From assembly GCA_000934665.2 (NCBI GenBank), contig JYFJ02001345.1, forward strand, positions 1-64,000: 64,000 nt of DNA, written 5' to 3'. Shown here piece after piece: positions 38,344-50,894 of this stretch. The notes under the pieces were generated by a model, which was not told the DNA's origin, searched no databases, and saw nothing but the letters and a program-made list of their open reading frames with translations. The number at the start of each line of letters is the position of its first letter. Position 1 is the first letter of the stretch. The position numbers and the translations under genes are program-made. The DNA comes from Catajapyx aquilonaris (Eukaryota).

Positions 38344-41300
38344 GGCTGAGGGGCATAGTACGCCTGCAACTGACGCAGCCTGGGGTCATAGGCTGGGTTG
38401 AGGGTAAGCTGCCTCTGGAGCTTGCGGTGCAAGTTGGCCCCTTCTTCGGGCTCCTCTGGAGTGGCCTTCTCCGGGTCAGACAGCCTCCCACCCAGTGGGG
38501 GACCGCCCTGGAGTATCCACGGAGGAGGGCTCCCTCCTGCTGCATAGTATCCTCCTCTGGCAGCCACGTTCTCCACACTCTTGCTCTTTGACACTGGTGC
38601 CAGCCATGCCTTCTCACCACCGTCTGACACAGACGGTGGGGAGGCAGCCAACATGGTGTGTGGCAGCCCTGCCGCAGAGGATGGCACGGTGGACTTGGTG
38701 CGGCTCAGAGGCGTCTTTCGGACTGGCTTCTCTGAAGAGAGGGGCAGGCTCAGGCTCTTCCCCTTCAGCAGCTCCCCTGGCGAAGAATCACGGCTTCTCA
38801 GTCCCCTTGCCTTCACCTCCTGCAACTGCTTCTGTGCATTCTCCGCTAGCCTCTCTGTGATGCTCTTCTGCGGCTGATTCCCCCTCTCCGGATGGTAGTA
38901 CTTGCACTTGTTACCATATGTGCATTTCTTGCCATATGGACAAGGTGGAGGGAGGGGCTCCATAAGGCGAGGCTGTCTCCTCAGGAAGTTGTCAAGTGTG
39001 GGTCCATTCCTGCCCAGGGGGTCGTCCGGGGGCATGAAACGGTCGTTCACAAATGAGTACATGAGGATGCGCTCTTCCACAACCTTCTTGAACTCGGGGT
39101 TCTCCTGAGCAAGATCACGATAGTTGTCATTGGACACGACTATTCCATCCGTCTCCGCCGCCAGCTTCAGGATGTATCGGTCATCATAGCAGATCAGCCG
39201 CTTGCCTCCCACAAAACGGGACGGTGTGAACACCAGGAGACGCTCCTTCTCCAGCTCCAGCAGGATTTCCTGATCTGCAAGCCGAGATGCAAAAATTACT
39301 ACCCCGTTTCTGCACAAATATGTCCCATCATATTCAATCCACCGAAATTGCCAAATTGTTCAAAAATTAGCACAAAACAAATTTCGAGAATGGCCTTCAC
39401 ATATTGATTACATCATGCAATGATTAAAACAGCAGGCTGCGTACAATGTCATCACCCAGTAAAGCGACAACCTTCACTTTCATCATACAGAGTCCATTCA
39501 TCCCAAGTCACAAGACCTGTTTCAAAAGCCCTACAATCTAAAATTGCCCCCTGTTTCAACCACAAAACTGATACAAAGTGTGGCACCACCAAAGCCTCCT
39601 TCAAAAAAAAACAACAACAACATCCTGTTCTAATTTTGCCCCCACCTATCTTATCTCCCCTCAGCTTACAAGTGGTCTGGTTTCACATGGAAACCCTGCA
39701 TCTGGAGAGCCTCAGTCAGGTGAGACTCAAATGCAAGGCCACCTTCTGCAAAACATGCTCTCAAGATCCGCATTATCCTAATAAGAGCAGATACACCCAA
39801 ATTTGCAATTAGTCTCCGGATGATAGGTTCTCGTATGTCACCGATGGGTAACGGACAATCTGTGGTATGGGTAAGGGACAACCTGTGGTATGGGTAACGG
39901 ACAACCTGTAGTATGAAATTTAATTAACAAAAAAATATTCGATAGTTAATTACAGATTTTCTCCCCAATTGTTACATAATAGCTTCCAAATCCTGCTTGG
40001 TCCCAAGGGCTGAATGGAGGCCTTTTAGAAACTAGTTTTTCCATTGGGATCCAGGTGGTTTCCCAGCAAGGATCCGTGTCATTTACCCCCGCCCCAAGAT
40101 TTACGACCCCCCCTTTGGAATTACCCCCGTCCAGAGATGACCATCTCCTTCCCCACGGTAGCAACCCTCTTTATATAGACTTGTTTCTTTACAAAAGAAA
40201 ACTGGGTCTGGAGCAATCCACATCACCCTGATTGAGGAAGAAGCAACCCGGATGTTGCCACGGTTTCAAAGGTCCTCCAGATAAGACCGCCCTTTGGAAT
40301 CACCAGAGAGTGCCCCTGCACTGGGTGCACACGTACCGTTGATGGGTGTGTACGGTCTTGATGCCTCCTTACGCCAGCTGGGCACAAACACCGTGATGTC
40401 CTTGTGTCCTCTAGTCTTGAACCAGTCCACACACAGCTTGATTCCTCTGCATGAGTACGTCTCCTTGTTCCCATGACTGGAAAGGAAAGCACACAATATT
40501 AGAAACTGGCCTTCACGTGCCTGCCTCCCACTGGGATGCGGCGACTCTTCGGGAATCCCCCCCCATTCCAAGGCGGATTTGCCCCTGGGCTCAAGGTGGC
40601 TGATCCCATTCCCTTTGCACCTGACAGGCCCACCTGCCCACCCACCATTTATACATTGTCCTCCCAGATCTTCCAACGGTGCCTCCTAATGCTGGCTACT
40701 TCATTCAAAATGTTCCTCAAGTGACAAGACATCGGCAGTCGTACGGTACACTCGCAAAAATAATGACCCTCGAATTATGTGCATGGACTCGCCTAGGTCA
40801 GGATGCGAACCGGTCGGACGAGGAAAAAAGTCATGTGTGGCCAAGGAAGAAGAAAGAAAAAAATGTGCATGAAGGTGCACCTGCAAAATTCACTCCTCAA
40901 TTTGAATTTGAGAAGCCCTTGGCACATAGGATTCTCCTTGAAATGCACAATGGACTTTCGATGTTATGCACTATCAATGAACTGCACTTTAAATTACAAG
41001 GTGCACCTGACAGGAACTTGCTTGGTAAGTTGCAGTGTTACGGAGGCCTTGATGGCGCTAGTTTAATGCGGCTTATAAAAGTTACTGTGACAAAATCGTT
41101 TCGGGCTGGTATGGAAGTCTGCAAATCATTGCGGCATTAAATTTTAAGCAAAGGTTGGCGTTGTAGGCTAATTATTCCGAGATGCAGTTAGACTAACTGT
41201 CTGACATAATGGGAAATGCATCCTTCCATGCTCCAATAATTTTTTGTAGCAAACAGAACAAAACAACTGGTCAGGTTTTCCCGTGAGAGTAAATGCGGCG

Positions 41301-44300
41301 TTATATAATCATGCAGATTATGAATACTATAGTAATGTGTACTCACCTCATGGCAACGTTACTTCCATCAACGACGATAGGCCTGAGCTGACCAGCACTG
41401 TCTGAAACCACTGATGGTATCGCTGACGGAGCAGTGACAACAGTTGGAACCAACACACTGGAAACACTTGATCCTCCAGAAGAAGCATTGCTTCCTCCAG
41501 AGCTAAGGTCCCTCCGTAGAACGGATGCACTAGTCACAGCTGCCTCTGGGCACAGGTCGGCCCTGTCAGCACCAGTGGATGCACCGCAAGTTGACGAAGA
41601 AGATGACGAAACACCAGGCACAGTACAAGTAGAGGGGAGGGTAGAAGGCTGCTGGGACAAGGGAGGAAGCTGAACGGACTCACTCTTCCCGACACTAATC
41701 AGTTCTAAGGGCTTGCTATGAGCCCCTAATTTAATAAGCTCGGCCAACAGTTCATTCTGTCCAGGACAAGGCCCCAGCTTCCTTAGTGCCACTTGCACTT
41801 GCTGTTCGGTGTATCCCAGCTTCAGAGCAAATTCAACCCGTGCATTATACTGCGGGTCGTCCAACACAGTCCTGAGGCTGAATGTGGAGGAGTCACTAGA
41901 ACACTGTCCCAGTTGGTCACACACATCCACACCGGACGACACATACTCTGCAAACTCCGCACCGAGGGTGTCAGAAACAGTCCGACTAACATCATCGTGC
42001 TCTCCGCTTCCGAGCTGCTTCGGTTGGTGCGGGCAGCTGGGGGACACCTCTGAATTGTCAAAGTCCGAATCATAACTAGAATCTTCAGACTCCAGCTTCC
42101 GCCTGAAGCTGGCCTTGGCAGCCGCTGAAGTCAGGGAGCAACCAGTTGTCGACCAGCTACTACTGCTGTCTTCTCCGCTCAGATGGGTACGAGGCTCCAG
42201 ATCGCCAGACTGTACCGGTACGAGAAAAATACATATCTTCATAATTTCATTGGGAATGAAAATGCAGTAGCACATGCAACGATCCTGACCTGTGAGTGTG
42301 TCACAAGCTGGTGCCTCTGTTGTTGGTCCCCATCGGCCAGCTTCTGCAGTAGAGCAAGTGCTTGGGCCACGCACTGTGCTTTTCCTGAGACCAACACGGT
42401 GAAGCTGCTGGGCTGGAAGCTAAGCACCGCACAGGAGCTCCTCTCCACGTGGTCCCTCTGACGAAGCACCCTCTCGTATGCGTCTCTTGGGTACGAGCAA
42501 GTCCGCAAGCACTTCTCAGCATACGGAGCGCACAGGGACTCCACATATTGCTGCAAGAAGATACACACGTCCTTCTCAAAAACTCGTGACCAATTTTGCC
42601 TTCACCAATACACCACCCTTGCCCACAAGAATGAAGGCGACCTTGATGTTCTGTCTACTAGTGGGTGCTTCACCACCTGCCCTTTTTTCGCAACTTTCAT
42701 AATATTACATCCGGATTTGTTTCAAACCATGGAAAGTCCTCCTTGGTCCAATCCAGGTCACTGAGGCACAGCTGCCGGATCCGCACGCGACCAAAGGTGA
42801 ATCAAATACCGGGTCGGGGCCTTCTTCTTCTTCTTCTTTTTCTCGAGGGGGGTTTGACTCCTTCCTCACCTGGATAGAGTTGGCCCGTGGACAGACAGGA
42901 TGTATCTCTCCTAGCCTACTTCCTCAGCTTTCACACGGAACTCTCCTAACCCAACCAGCCCGTGACCTATACGCTTCCACGCCGTATCTACAGAAAACCA
43001 AATTCACTTACGGAAGCACAAGCGACATACCGTGCCTGGCAGGGCCGGACCGGCAGGAATTCGCCCACAATTTCGCTCCCGGCAGGAATTCGCCCACAAT
43101 TTCGGTCCCGGCAATAATTCGCCAAAAATTTCGGTCCCGGCAGGAATTTGCCCACAATCCCGGCAATAATTCGCCAAAAATTTCGGTCCCGGCAGGAATT
43201 TGCCCACAATCCCGGCAATAATTCGCCCAAAATTTCGGTCCTGGCAGGAATTCGCCCACAATCCCGGCAATAATTCGCCCCCAATCCCGGCAATAATTCG
43301 CCCAAAATTTCGGTCCTGGCAGGAATTCGCCCACAATCCCGGCAATAATTCGCCCAAAATTTCGCTCCCGACCTATTTTAAAACTCAAGAAGGACCGAGG
43401 ACACCATGCTCCTTTGTGTTGGCAGTACCCCCATCAAGCTACTGATTGCCCCGTAATGGCATACCATACGAATCATTGGCGCCCAGCTGGGGGTTGCCCT
43501 GAAGGAGTCACGAAGAGGGTGAAATTGGAGGATCCGGACGGCCAGTGGGTGGAACTTCCGTTTCGTGACCAAAGGATCCTAGGAGGCCATTCGCAGGCCA
43601 CGTGTTGCTCCGGGCGGTTCCGGCAAAGTCAGTACACTACCAGCCCATAGGGACAAGACCCACACATTGTGGCCTTCACTACTATTTATAGTCTAGCATC
43701 GGATCCTTGAAAATCCGGGCGCGATAGAAAGTGTACATAAGAGAACACCCACCAGATGCCCAAATCGTAACCAATCTGGGTCAAAGTCAACCATGTGATT
43801 GGCTGGGCCCCTATCCAGGGCATCGTTGAAGTTAACCCCCGCACTTGGCTCAGATCCATCCAGCTTCAGGAAATATTTTGCTATGTCCCCCATCCCCAAA
43901 AAAATTTCGCCAAAAAAAAAAACACACAATGGCCGCCAATAAATCAATGCCAATTGCCGCAGTGGGGTCCCCCCTGCAAAAATGGGGAAGAGAGAAAACG
44001 ATGCCACCTATGCAGGTAATACGGATGCAGTTTCTAATGCCCCACATTCGCTGGGAAAAACCAGCCGAAAAAGGTTTTAATAACGCGGAAGTATCCTTCG
44101 ATTTGTATGTTAAAAGTGGAGGAGGATGTCATGGCCACCGGATTCGAGCCCACGCATTATAGCCCTTCCAATACCTTCAGCCAGTACCCAGATGACAAGA
44201 GGCACAGTCAATTATATGTACAGGATGAACCTGTCCGAAGCGGTCCACCGTAGGCCGCAAGCCTAGAAATCATTTGTCGATGTGCCAAGTTTCTCTCAGA

Positions 44301-46710
44301 AGATAGTGTGGAACTAGGTAGAACGAGACATGCAATCTTTCTGCTTTATGTACGACCGACGTCCTTCAATTCAACGCATCCGTCAACTACGATGGCCACA
44401 TCACAAGTTCCATATAAGAGATACAACTAAAATAATACTGTACACTAACAACATAAATATGATATACCTATGTGCACATACACTGCCAGAAGCAGGATGT
44501 TGTTTCAACACATTCCGCCTCAATAGGATTCATTCAAGCGGATTCACCGATTCTGCCAATCTTTTGTGCTCGACGTTCAATTATAGTGACAGGACTTTCG
44601 TCAAGAGAGAGGTACCGGCATGTGATGGACAATTACAAAATGTCGTAAAGTATGATGTTGACAAGCGGATTCTGGGAATCGACGCTATTTTATGTCCTGG
44701 TTCGGTATTAGGACACCATATGAATCAGAACATATATTCCCCACACTGTACTGACAAGTGTAATAAATCGACTGTATAGTACTATCGTTAATAAATATTA
44801 ATGTTCCGATTCGGTTATTTCCAACATTACTGTATATCAACTTTAATGGATGAGTTTATAACGGGAATTTTCGCAATCGGTCCATATCACCTGAGAGAAG
44901 TGTTTCTCTAACCGGCAAACCACAAGCCTAGAAAAATCATCGCAAACATGGTATAGCATACATATCGAATTAATTGTTATTAAAACATAATTTCAGCAAA
45001 AAAAATTTACTCTATTGTTTGATAAAAACTCTCACTCGCTTTCACCATTCACAACTGAAGGCACATACTTCGCCTTCGAGTTTAACCCGCATTTATCAGC
45101 GCATGTCTAACTTTCACTTTAAAACCAAGCTGAACCTAAAACGTCCATTTACGTCCGGTTAATAATAATTGTAAAAATTAAATGCGGTTCCAGAAACACC
45201 CGCTCTTTACGTCCCAATATTTTCGATCTTCCTTAGTAGGTACGGACGCCGAACCTTCCAACGATTTATACTTCAATAAAAACAGAGCACTTAACATCGT
45301 ACAAAGTGCCGCCTCGGACATCCCTAATTGGTCATAAATAACCCAATCAACCTCCCCCCATCTAAAATTGTGCCCACTGTACCTATACACAGGATGTCCC
45401 CTTCATTCAATATCTAACCTAATTTCCCCATCACTTAACCGGACCTTTTAACAATTTAAAATTACCACTTCTAACTTAGCAGTGGGGGATACATAACAAA
45501 ATTTTAAAGCAATTATTGTGGTCCATACCTCGACTGTCATTCCTCTAGTTCGTCCCAGATGCGTGAGGTACACGCACATGTGTCCACACACACAGCACTT
45601 GTCTTACTGGCTTTGAAGAAATGAGTGTTGTGTTGAAGGGGGGGGGGGNGGGGGGGGTTGTTGGATCCGGGCGGCGTGACCGCTGCGGCCCCACTACACG
45701 CGCCTCACGGAGATCGCGGCCACATCCTGGTTCGCCCTGACGTCACCACCCGCCCACCCACCAGACCCCTGCCTACACACACACACACACATCCTTCTCT
45801 GATAAAAATGGGAAATAAACATGGGGGTCCTCTAAGGGAAATGTTTGGATGGGCATGTATGCAGCAGCATGCATAAGCATGAATATACAGAGGGTAACGT
45901 AACCGGATTAAGTGCGTCAGGTAATCATCTTGATGAATGCATGCAAATGTGTGTGCCTGGTGATGTTATTCGTGACATTGCGGCTGCATGTGTAATGTTC
46001 TCGTGACGTATTGGGTGAGCAGGCAATGCATAAACGGTGTATTCATAACGTCAGAGTTCATTTGCATGGGACAAACGCTGAGCCGTGTGATGAAAATCAG
46101 AAATGTCAAGTGCCAGTTGGGTATGACTTTCATGTCAGTAAACATGCGCAGGTAATTATACCAGTCGAGTGAGATATGCATGACAGTATTGGTATCAAGC
46201 GCATTGCAGGATGTTCCTGCAGTGAAAGTTACGCAGGTTACGACCCAGCCTGCAATAACAACATACACAAGGCAATGTGTTAACCCCGCATGTGTCCTGC
46301 AAAACTGAAGGTCAGATCGACGTTGGCAATGAAAATGATACGGTCATTGATTAAAAAATTCTTGTCACAATTTAGAAATCATCAGTGATTACAGCATGTT
46401 GACCACAACATGTTTGCCAATATTCTGATGATAACTGCGGCTGTGCATAGAAACGGTGCAGATCATGTTGCATGTAAATGTTATCCAAACTGACCTGAAC
46501 CCTTGTGACCAGTTCAGCCTGCACGGGCCTGTCCCCATCATGCTGCAGCTCCACATGGACAGCATCCAGCAGCTGCTGCAGGTGCCCATCTCCTTGATCC
46601 TCATCAGCAGGCAGCACCAACCTGACCCCAAACAGCCCCCAGATCTTATCCAGGCAGCCTCCGAGTTGCCCCAGCTGGTCCCTCCTGACCAGGACCGAGG
46701 CTTCCCCCAT
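37848..46710 (-). CDS. ZC3H12: Regnase/ZC3H12 (MCPIP-type) NYN endoribonuclease with CCCH finger and putative N-terminal tandem KH domains (~968 aa)
   Basis: Exons 46710-46495, 42550-42290, 42209-41347, 40476-40337, 39274-37848, all GT-AG and in phase. Contains the NTD ([11 protein letters not shown]), an NYN domain with intact acidic residues ([23 protein letters not shown]), [34 protein letters not shown] and a C-terminal IFP..V..V..YP domain. The two 5' exons are less certain than the core. Confidence 0.88.
39844..39915. repeat. Short tandem repeat, ~23 bp x3, intronic
   Basis: TGTGGTATGGGTAA(C/G)GGACAACC units. Confidence 0.7.
43048..43370. repeat. Compound minisatellite of alternating ~21-29 bp units in Regnase intron 1
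   Basis: Alternating CCGGCAGGAATT(C/T)GCCCACAAT and CCGGCAATAATTCGCC(A/C)AAAATTTCGGT units. Confidence 0.9.
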
Positions 46711-47315
46711 CGCCCAGTCCAAGCTGGGGGCCACTCTCACCTGTCACAACCCGACTCCATCTTGAGTGCTCAATGTTCTTCTCCCTTTTCCTTTTCCTTC
46801 CTTTCCTTCTGAGGACCTGCTACCCCCACCTCCACCTCACAACTGCACCTCCTCCACTTGACATATAGAGAGGGTAGGTGGCGACCTACATAGCGGCCGT
46901 TCCAGTAACCCACAGTTTGAATTCCCACACGAAGGTGGCAGCACCTGCTTATAAGCTACCAGCTCTACAACAGCGACGTTGGATTCGGCCCCCGTCTGAT
47001 TTCCAAGATGGCGCTGACTATTTTCACTACTTTTTTAATTGTTTTTTTGGGGGGTTTTGCCACCCCCCTCTCTAGGTACTCCGGGTGCACGACTGCGCAA
47101 GGGCAGGTCCTTTTGCGCCTGGATGTGCGCAGCCAGCTGACCAGATGTCAACATCGCTGGATGCTGCTCTCATCCGAGGTAACAACCTTGACACCTTCAT
47201 GTGGATGGACCTGCTGGGGTTCTTGTAAGGTATGGTGCAAAGTACTTGTATGTTCACATCTGTGCAGTACCAAGATGATAAAGCGGTTCATTGCAGGACT
47301 ACACTCCGCTGAACA

Positions 47316-49115
47316 ATGTCGTGGGCGCAAGACTTCCTGGAGCTGCTTCTATGGCAAGCGGCACTCCTCTTCCGGCTGTGGCTGGATGGCCTGGCCCATG
47401 TGCTGTGCGGCCTGGCTCAGCTGTTCTCCTCACATCGGACACTTCCGGCGCCCCGTAACCCCATTGTCTGCCAGAGTGCGTCTGTGTTGGCGCGTAAGAT
47501 TGCACGGAAGGAGGTCACGTCTGAGGATGTGGTGTATGCATTCATGGAGCGTATTGGGGAGGTGAATTTAGCCCTGAATTGTGTGGTGGATCAGCGCTTT
47601 ACTGAGGCTCTGCGGGAGGCACGCAAGATCGATGCCTTCCTTTCTGAGCTGGGTCCTGAGGAAGGGGATGTCCTGCGGAAGGAGAAGCCCTTACTGGGTG
47701 TCCCGTTCACTGTGAAGGAGAGCATTTGTGTCAAAGGCCTGACCCACAGCTGTGGATTGGCTTGCCGTTCACAGTTGCGGGCTGCAGAAAATGCAGAGGT
47801 GGTTACACTGCTGAGGAGGGCTGGGGGCATCCCACTGGCCACCACAAATCTTTCGGAGCTGGGAATGTGGTATGAATGTGCCAATCCTGTTTATGGGCGT
47901 ACCAACAATCCTTACCACCTGGGGAAGACACCTGGGGGATCATCTGGAGGAGAGGCGTGTCTGCAGGCTGCCTGTGGATCTCCGTTAGGTGTGGGTACAG
48001 ACATAGGGGGATCCATTCGGATACCTGCCGCCTTCTGTGGAACCTTTGGACATAAGCCCACCCCTGGTGAGTTTCAAAGGAGCTGAAAAATGCTGTTTAT
48101 CACATACGGTTTCTTGTATTGTAGGTGTGGTGTCCATAGTGGGCACGGGCCCCCACAAGCTGGAATCTGGTGCTTCGGCAGGAATGCTGGTGGCAGGCCC
48201 CATTGCCAAGCATGTGGAGGATGTGGCTCTAGCACTGCAGATAATGGCAGGTCCCCAGTCACACATGCTGCAGCTGGAGCGGGATGTGGACATCAGGGGG
48301 CTGGTGGCCTGCTACATGGAGGATGACGGCCGGTGCCCACTCGTCAGCAGGCTCTCCCCATCGCTGAGAGAAGTCATGAGAAAGGTAGTGCGCCACCTGG
48401 GAGACGAGTGCGGGATGCCTGTACGCCAGGTCCAGCTGGAGGGGATGAGAAAAGCAATCCAGCTGTGGTTCTCCAGGCTGAGGGCCAATCATGTTGGGCC
48501 CAGCTTTTCAGAGGAGCTCACCAACAGGAAGGCTAGTTTCAGCACATTATTATGCAATTCAAGTTAAATAACACTAGTCTTATCCAAACAGGGTCCAATC
48601 AGCGCAAAACGAGAGCTGCTCAAATGGCTGTGTGGACGATCGCAGCATACCCTGGCAGCCCTGGGGTTTTCCCTAATGGACCAGATGGACGCAGGGTCCC
48701 TTCTACAGCGCCTGGCACCTTTGCCTGAGGATGAGCTGCGGAACCTAAGGCAAGAGATGCAGGTGAGAGCCCCTTTCTAAGTTCTTTACCCTGTCTGCTT
48801 GACCCACTCCAACTGACTGGAACCCTGTGACAGGACACACTGGGTGACAATGGCGTGCTGTTGTACCCATCCCATCCGACAACAGCACCATTCCATGGCG
48901 AAGCGCTGTTTAAGCCGTTTAACTTTGCCTATACTGCCGTTTTCAACTTGTTGGACATGCCTGCGACTCAGGTTCCACTTGGACTTGACTCCAAAGGCCT
49001 GTCCTATGGGATACAAGTTGCCGCTGCCCCGTTCAACGATCATCTGACAATTGCTGTGGCGAAGGAGCTGTCCAAGGCGTTTGGCGGGTGGGTTCCGCCT
49101 TTTCCAACCACTTGA
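47316..49115 (+). CDS. FAAH2: Fatty-acid amide hydrolase 2 (amidase signature family)
   Basis: Exons 47316-48066, 48125-48531 (GC donor), 48592-48762, 48834-49115. Catalytic-triad motifs GVPFTVKE, GGSSGGE and GTDIGGSIR are present, plus YTAVFNLL.MPATQVPLG and C-terminal FGGW.PP. Confidence 0.93.
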
Positions 49116-50818
49116 AGGAGGGTTGAGTGCTGCGCTTTGCCTACAACCTGTCCAGAAGGGCAATCCCCGAGATAAATCCCCTCCCCGTGTACAATGCTGT
49201 ACTGCTCAGGAATTGCTGTAAAGTCATGCCCATTGCAGGGGAATAGGAGTTGTTGATGGTACAGTGTTAGAGGTGGATAAGTGTGCTTGTTTCAATGCTG
49301 GGGAGAAAAAAGTGTTCATCCAGTTAGTTCCACATTGCTATTTATTTCCAACCATGTATATTACTTGAGAGTACATCAGTGCTCATGTCCTGAGCATAGC
49401 AGAATGTATCTCAATTAAATGTGTTACATTCCATAAACCCACAAGACTGTAATGAAAACCCCAGACTAAAACTTACGGAGCTTAAATGTATATTATGTAA
49501 AATAATAATAAAACAAGTTACTGTAATCCAACTACGTGCCTAATACGTGGCAAATACTACTCAATACCCCCATTCCTTGGTAAAATGGTAAGTAAATTGG
49601 TGCTCGTATCCAAAAAACGACGGCTATTAAAAGTTATCTGAATACACCTTGGGACGCTGACAATTCCCAAGGCAACGCAATGGCAATTATCTCCGCTGTT
49701 GTCAAACTGCCACTGGAACAAATGCTGTGAACAAGTACACGTTGCCTATAGACATGGAACACGACATATTTCCGGACAAAATTGGGATTGAAAAATCTCT
49801 GCTGTTCTCCACAGCATGAACCTAAGGCCCACCCTAGCAATACTGATTGCAGTTTTTGCCCCGATCTTGGAAGTTAAAGATGCGCTTAAGTGTCACTATG
49901 CAAGTGTCCACATTTTTAAAACTATTCTCCGATGCTTCTTGCCACATGATGCTTGAACCATAACTGGAACCACTCGGTGTGAATCACAAATTAAATGCTC
50001 ACAGTACACCCTGAAGACGTAAAACTGGTCCAGGAAAATGGGAGTGACAAAACACTGCAGTTGGAATGTGGCAAACACAATTAATACCACCAGGATCTGG
50101 AATCACGGCTTTGCTTCCCCTGAGAGGCTTTTCAATAGTGGGTGGAACCACCAAAGATGGAAAAACAAAGCCGCAGGAACAAGACATCGATGGAAAATCA
50201 AAACGATTGACACCAGACCTCCATTTAAAACCGGTATTTCTTTTGATCGCTGGAATTAAAAATTCCAAATGCCAACAACTGGCTATGACTATTCAGGCAT
50301 AAGATCTCATTTTTTGGGCATTCCTGCACCCTGCCCCTCCCACTCCCCGACAAGTTTCAAGGGAGATGGTGGAGAGGGTTTAGGAAAGAAACCCATCCTG
50401 GAGGAGGAGGAGATGCCCTAAGCTTGCTGGTTTCTTTTATTTCGGAAAGAGCGTCAGGCCACCCTCATATGTGAGCCTGACGATCGACCGAATGAACTGG
50501 ATCCAGCTCTAGACACACCTTTCCTTTAACGGTTGTTGATTTTTTAAAACTTCTTCAGAGCAAAGAAACACTAAGCGCAAGGGCAATGGGCTCAAGATAT
50601 CTTGCTCCTCCACCAGGAGAAACGGAGACTGCAGCTCAGATGGCACAAGTGGACACCTATGAGGAAGGACATCTCGGCGGGGATTACACCTGTTGAGAAC
50701 AGCAGAGGGATTCCGCAGGACCTCCCTGGTGCGAGGTCCGCTGATACAGTCCAATTGTTGGGAGGGAGAGGAGAGTAGGGTAGTGCTGAAGGAGAGGGGG
50801 AGGGGATGGGGAGGGGAA

Positions 50819-50894
50819 GGGAAGAGGACCCCCACGCACAGTGCTGAGCTGTCACCGAAGTGAGCTCAGATCTGCTGCAGGGCTCCCTTATCCC
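50819..50894 (-). other. Predicted RNA stem-loop with cUUCGg tetraloop directly 3' of the AMD1 stop codon
   Basis: Core CTGAGC-TCAC-TTCG-GTGA-(CA)-GCTCAG, extended by imperfect pairing out to GGGA.../...TCCC. Confidence 0.65.

Noticed and set aside
43048..43370. CRISPR-like appearance of ~21-29 bp repeats
   Set aside because: No unique spacers, no cas genes and a eukaryotic intronic context. It is a minisatellite, and the ORFs across it are repeat artefacts.
45637..45658. Poly-G run containing N (similar poly-C with N at ~59223)
   Set aside because: Homopolymer sequencing uncertainty, with no biological inference possible.
50819..50894. SECIS interpretation of the AMD1 hairpin
   Set aside because: It lacks the AUGA/GA quartet and apical AA motif, and the UGA sits at the normal AMD1 C-terminus.
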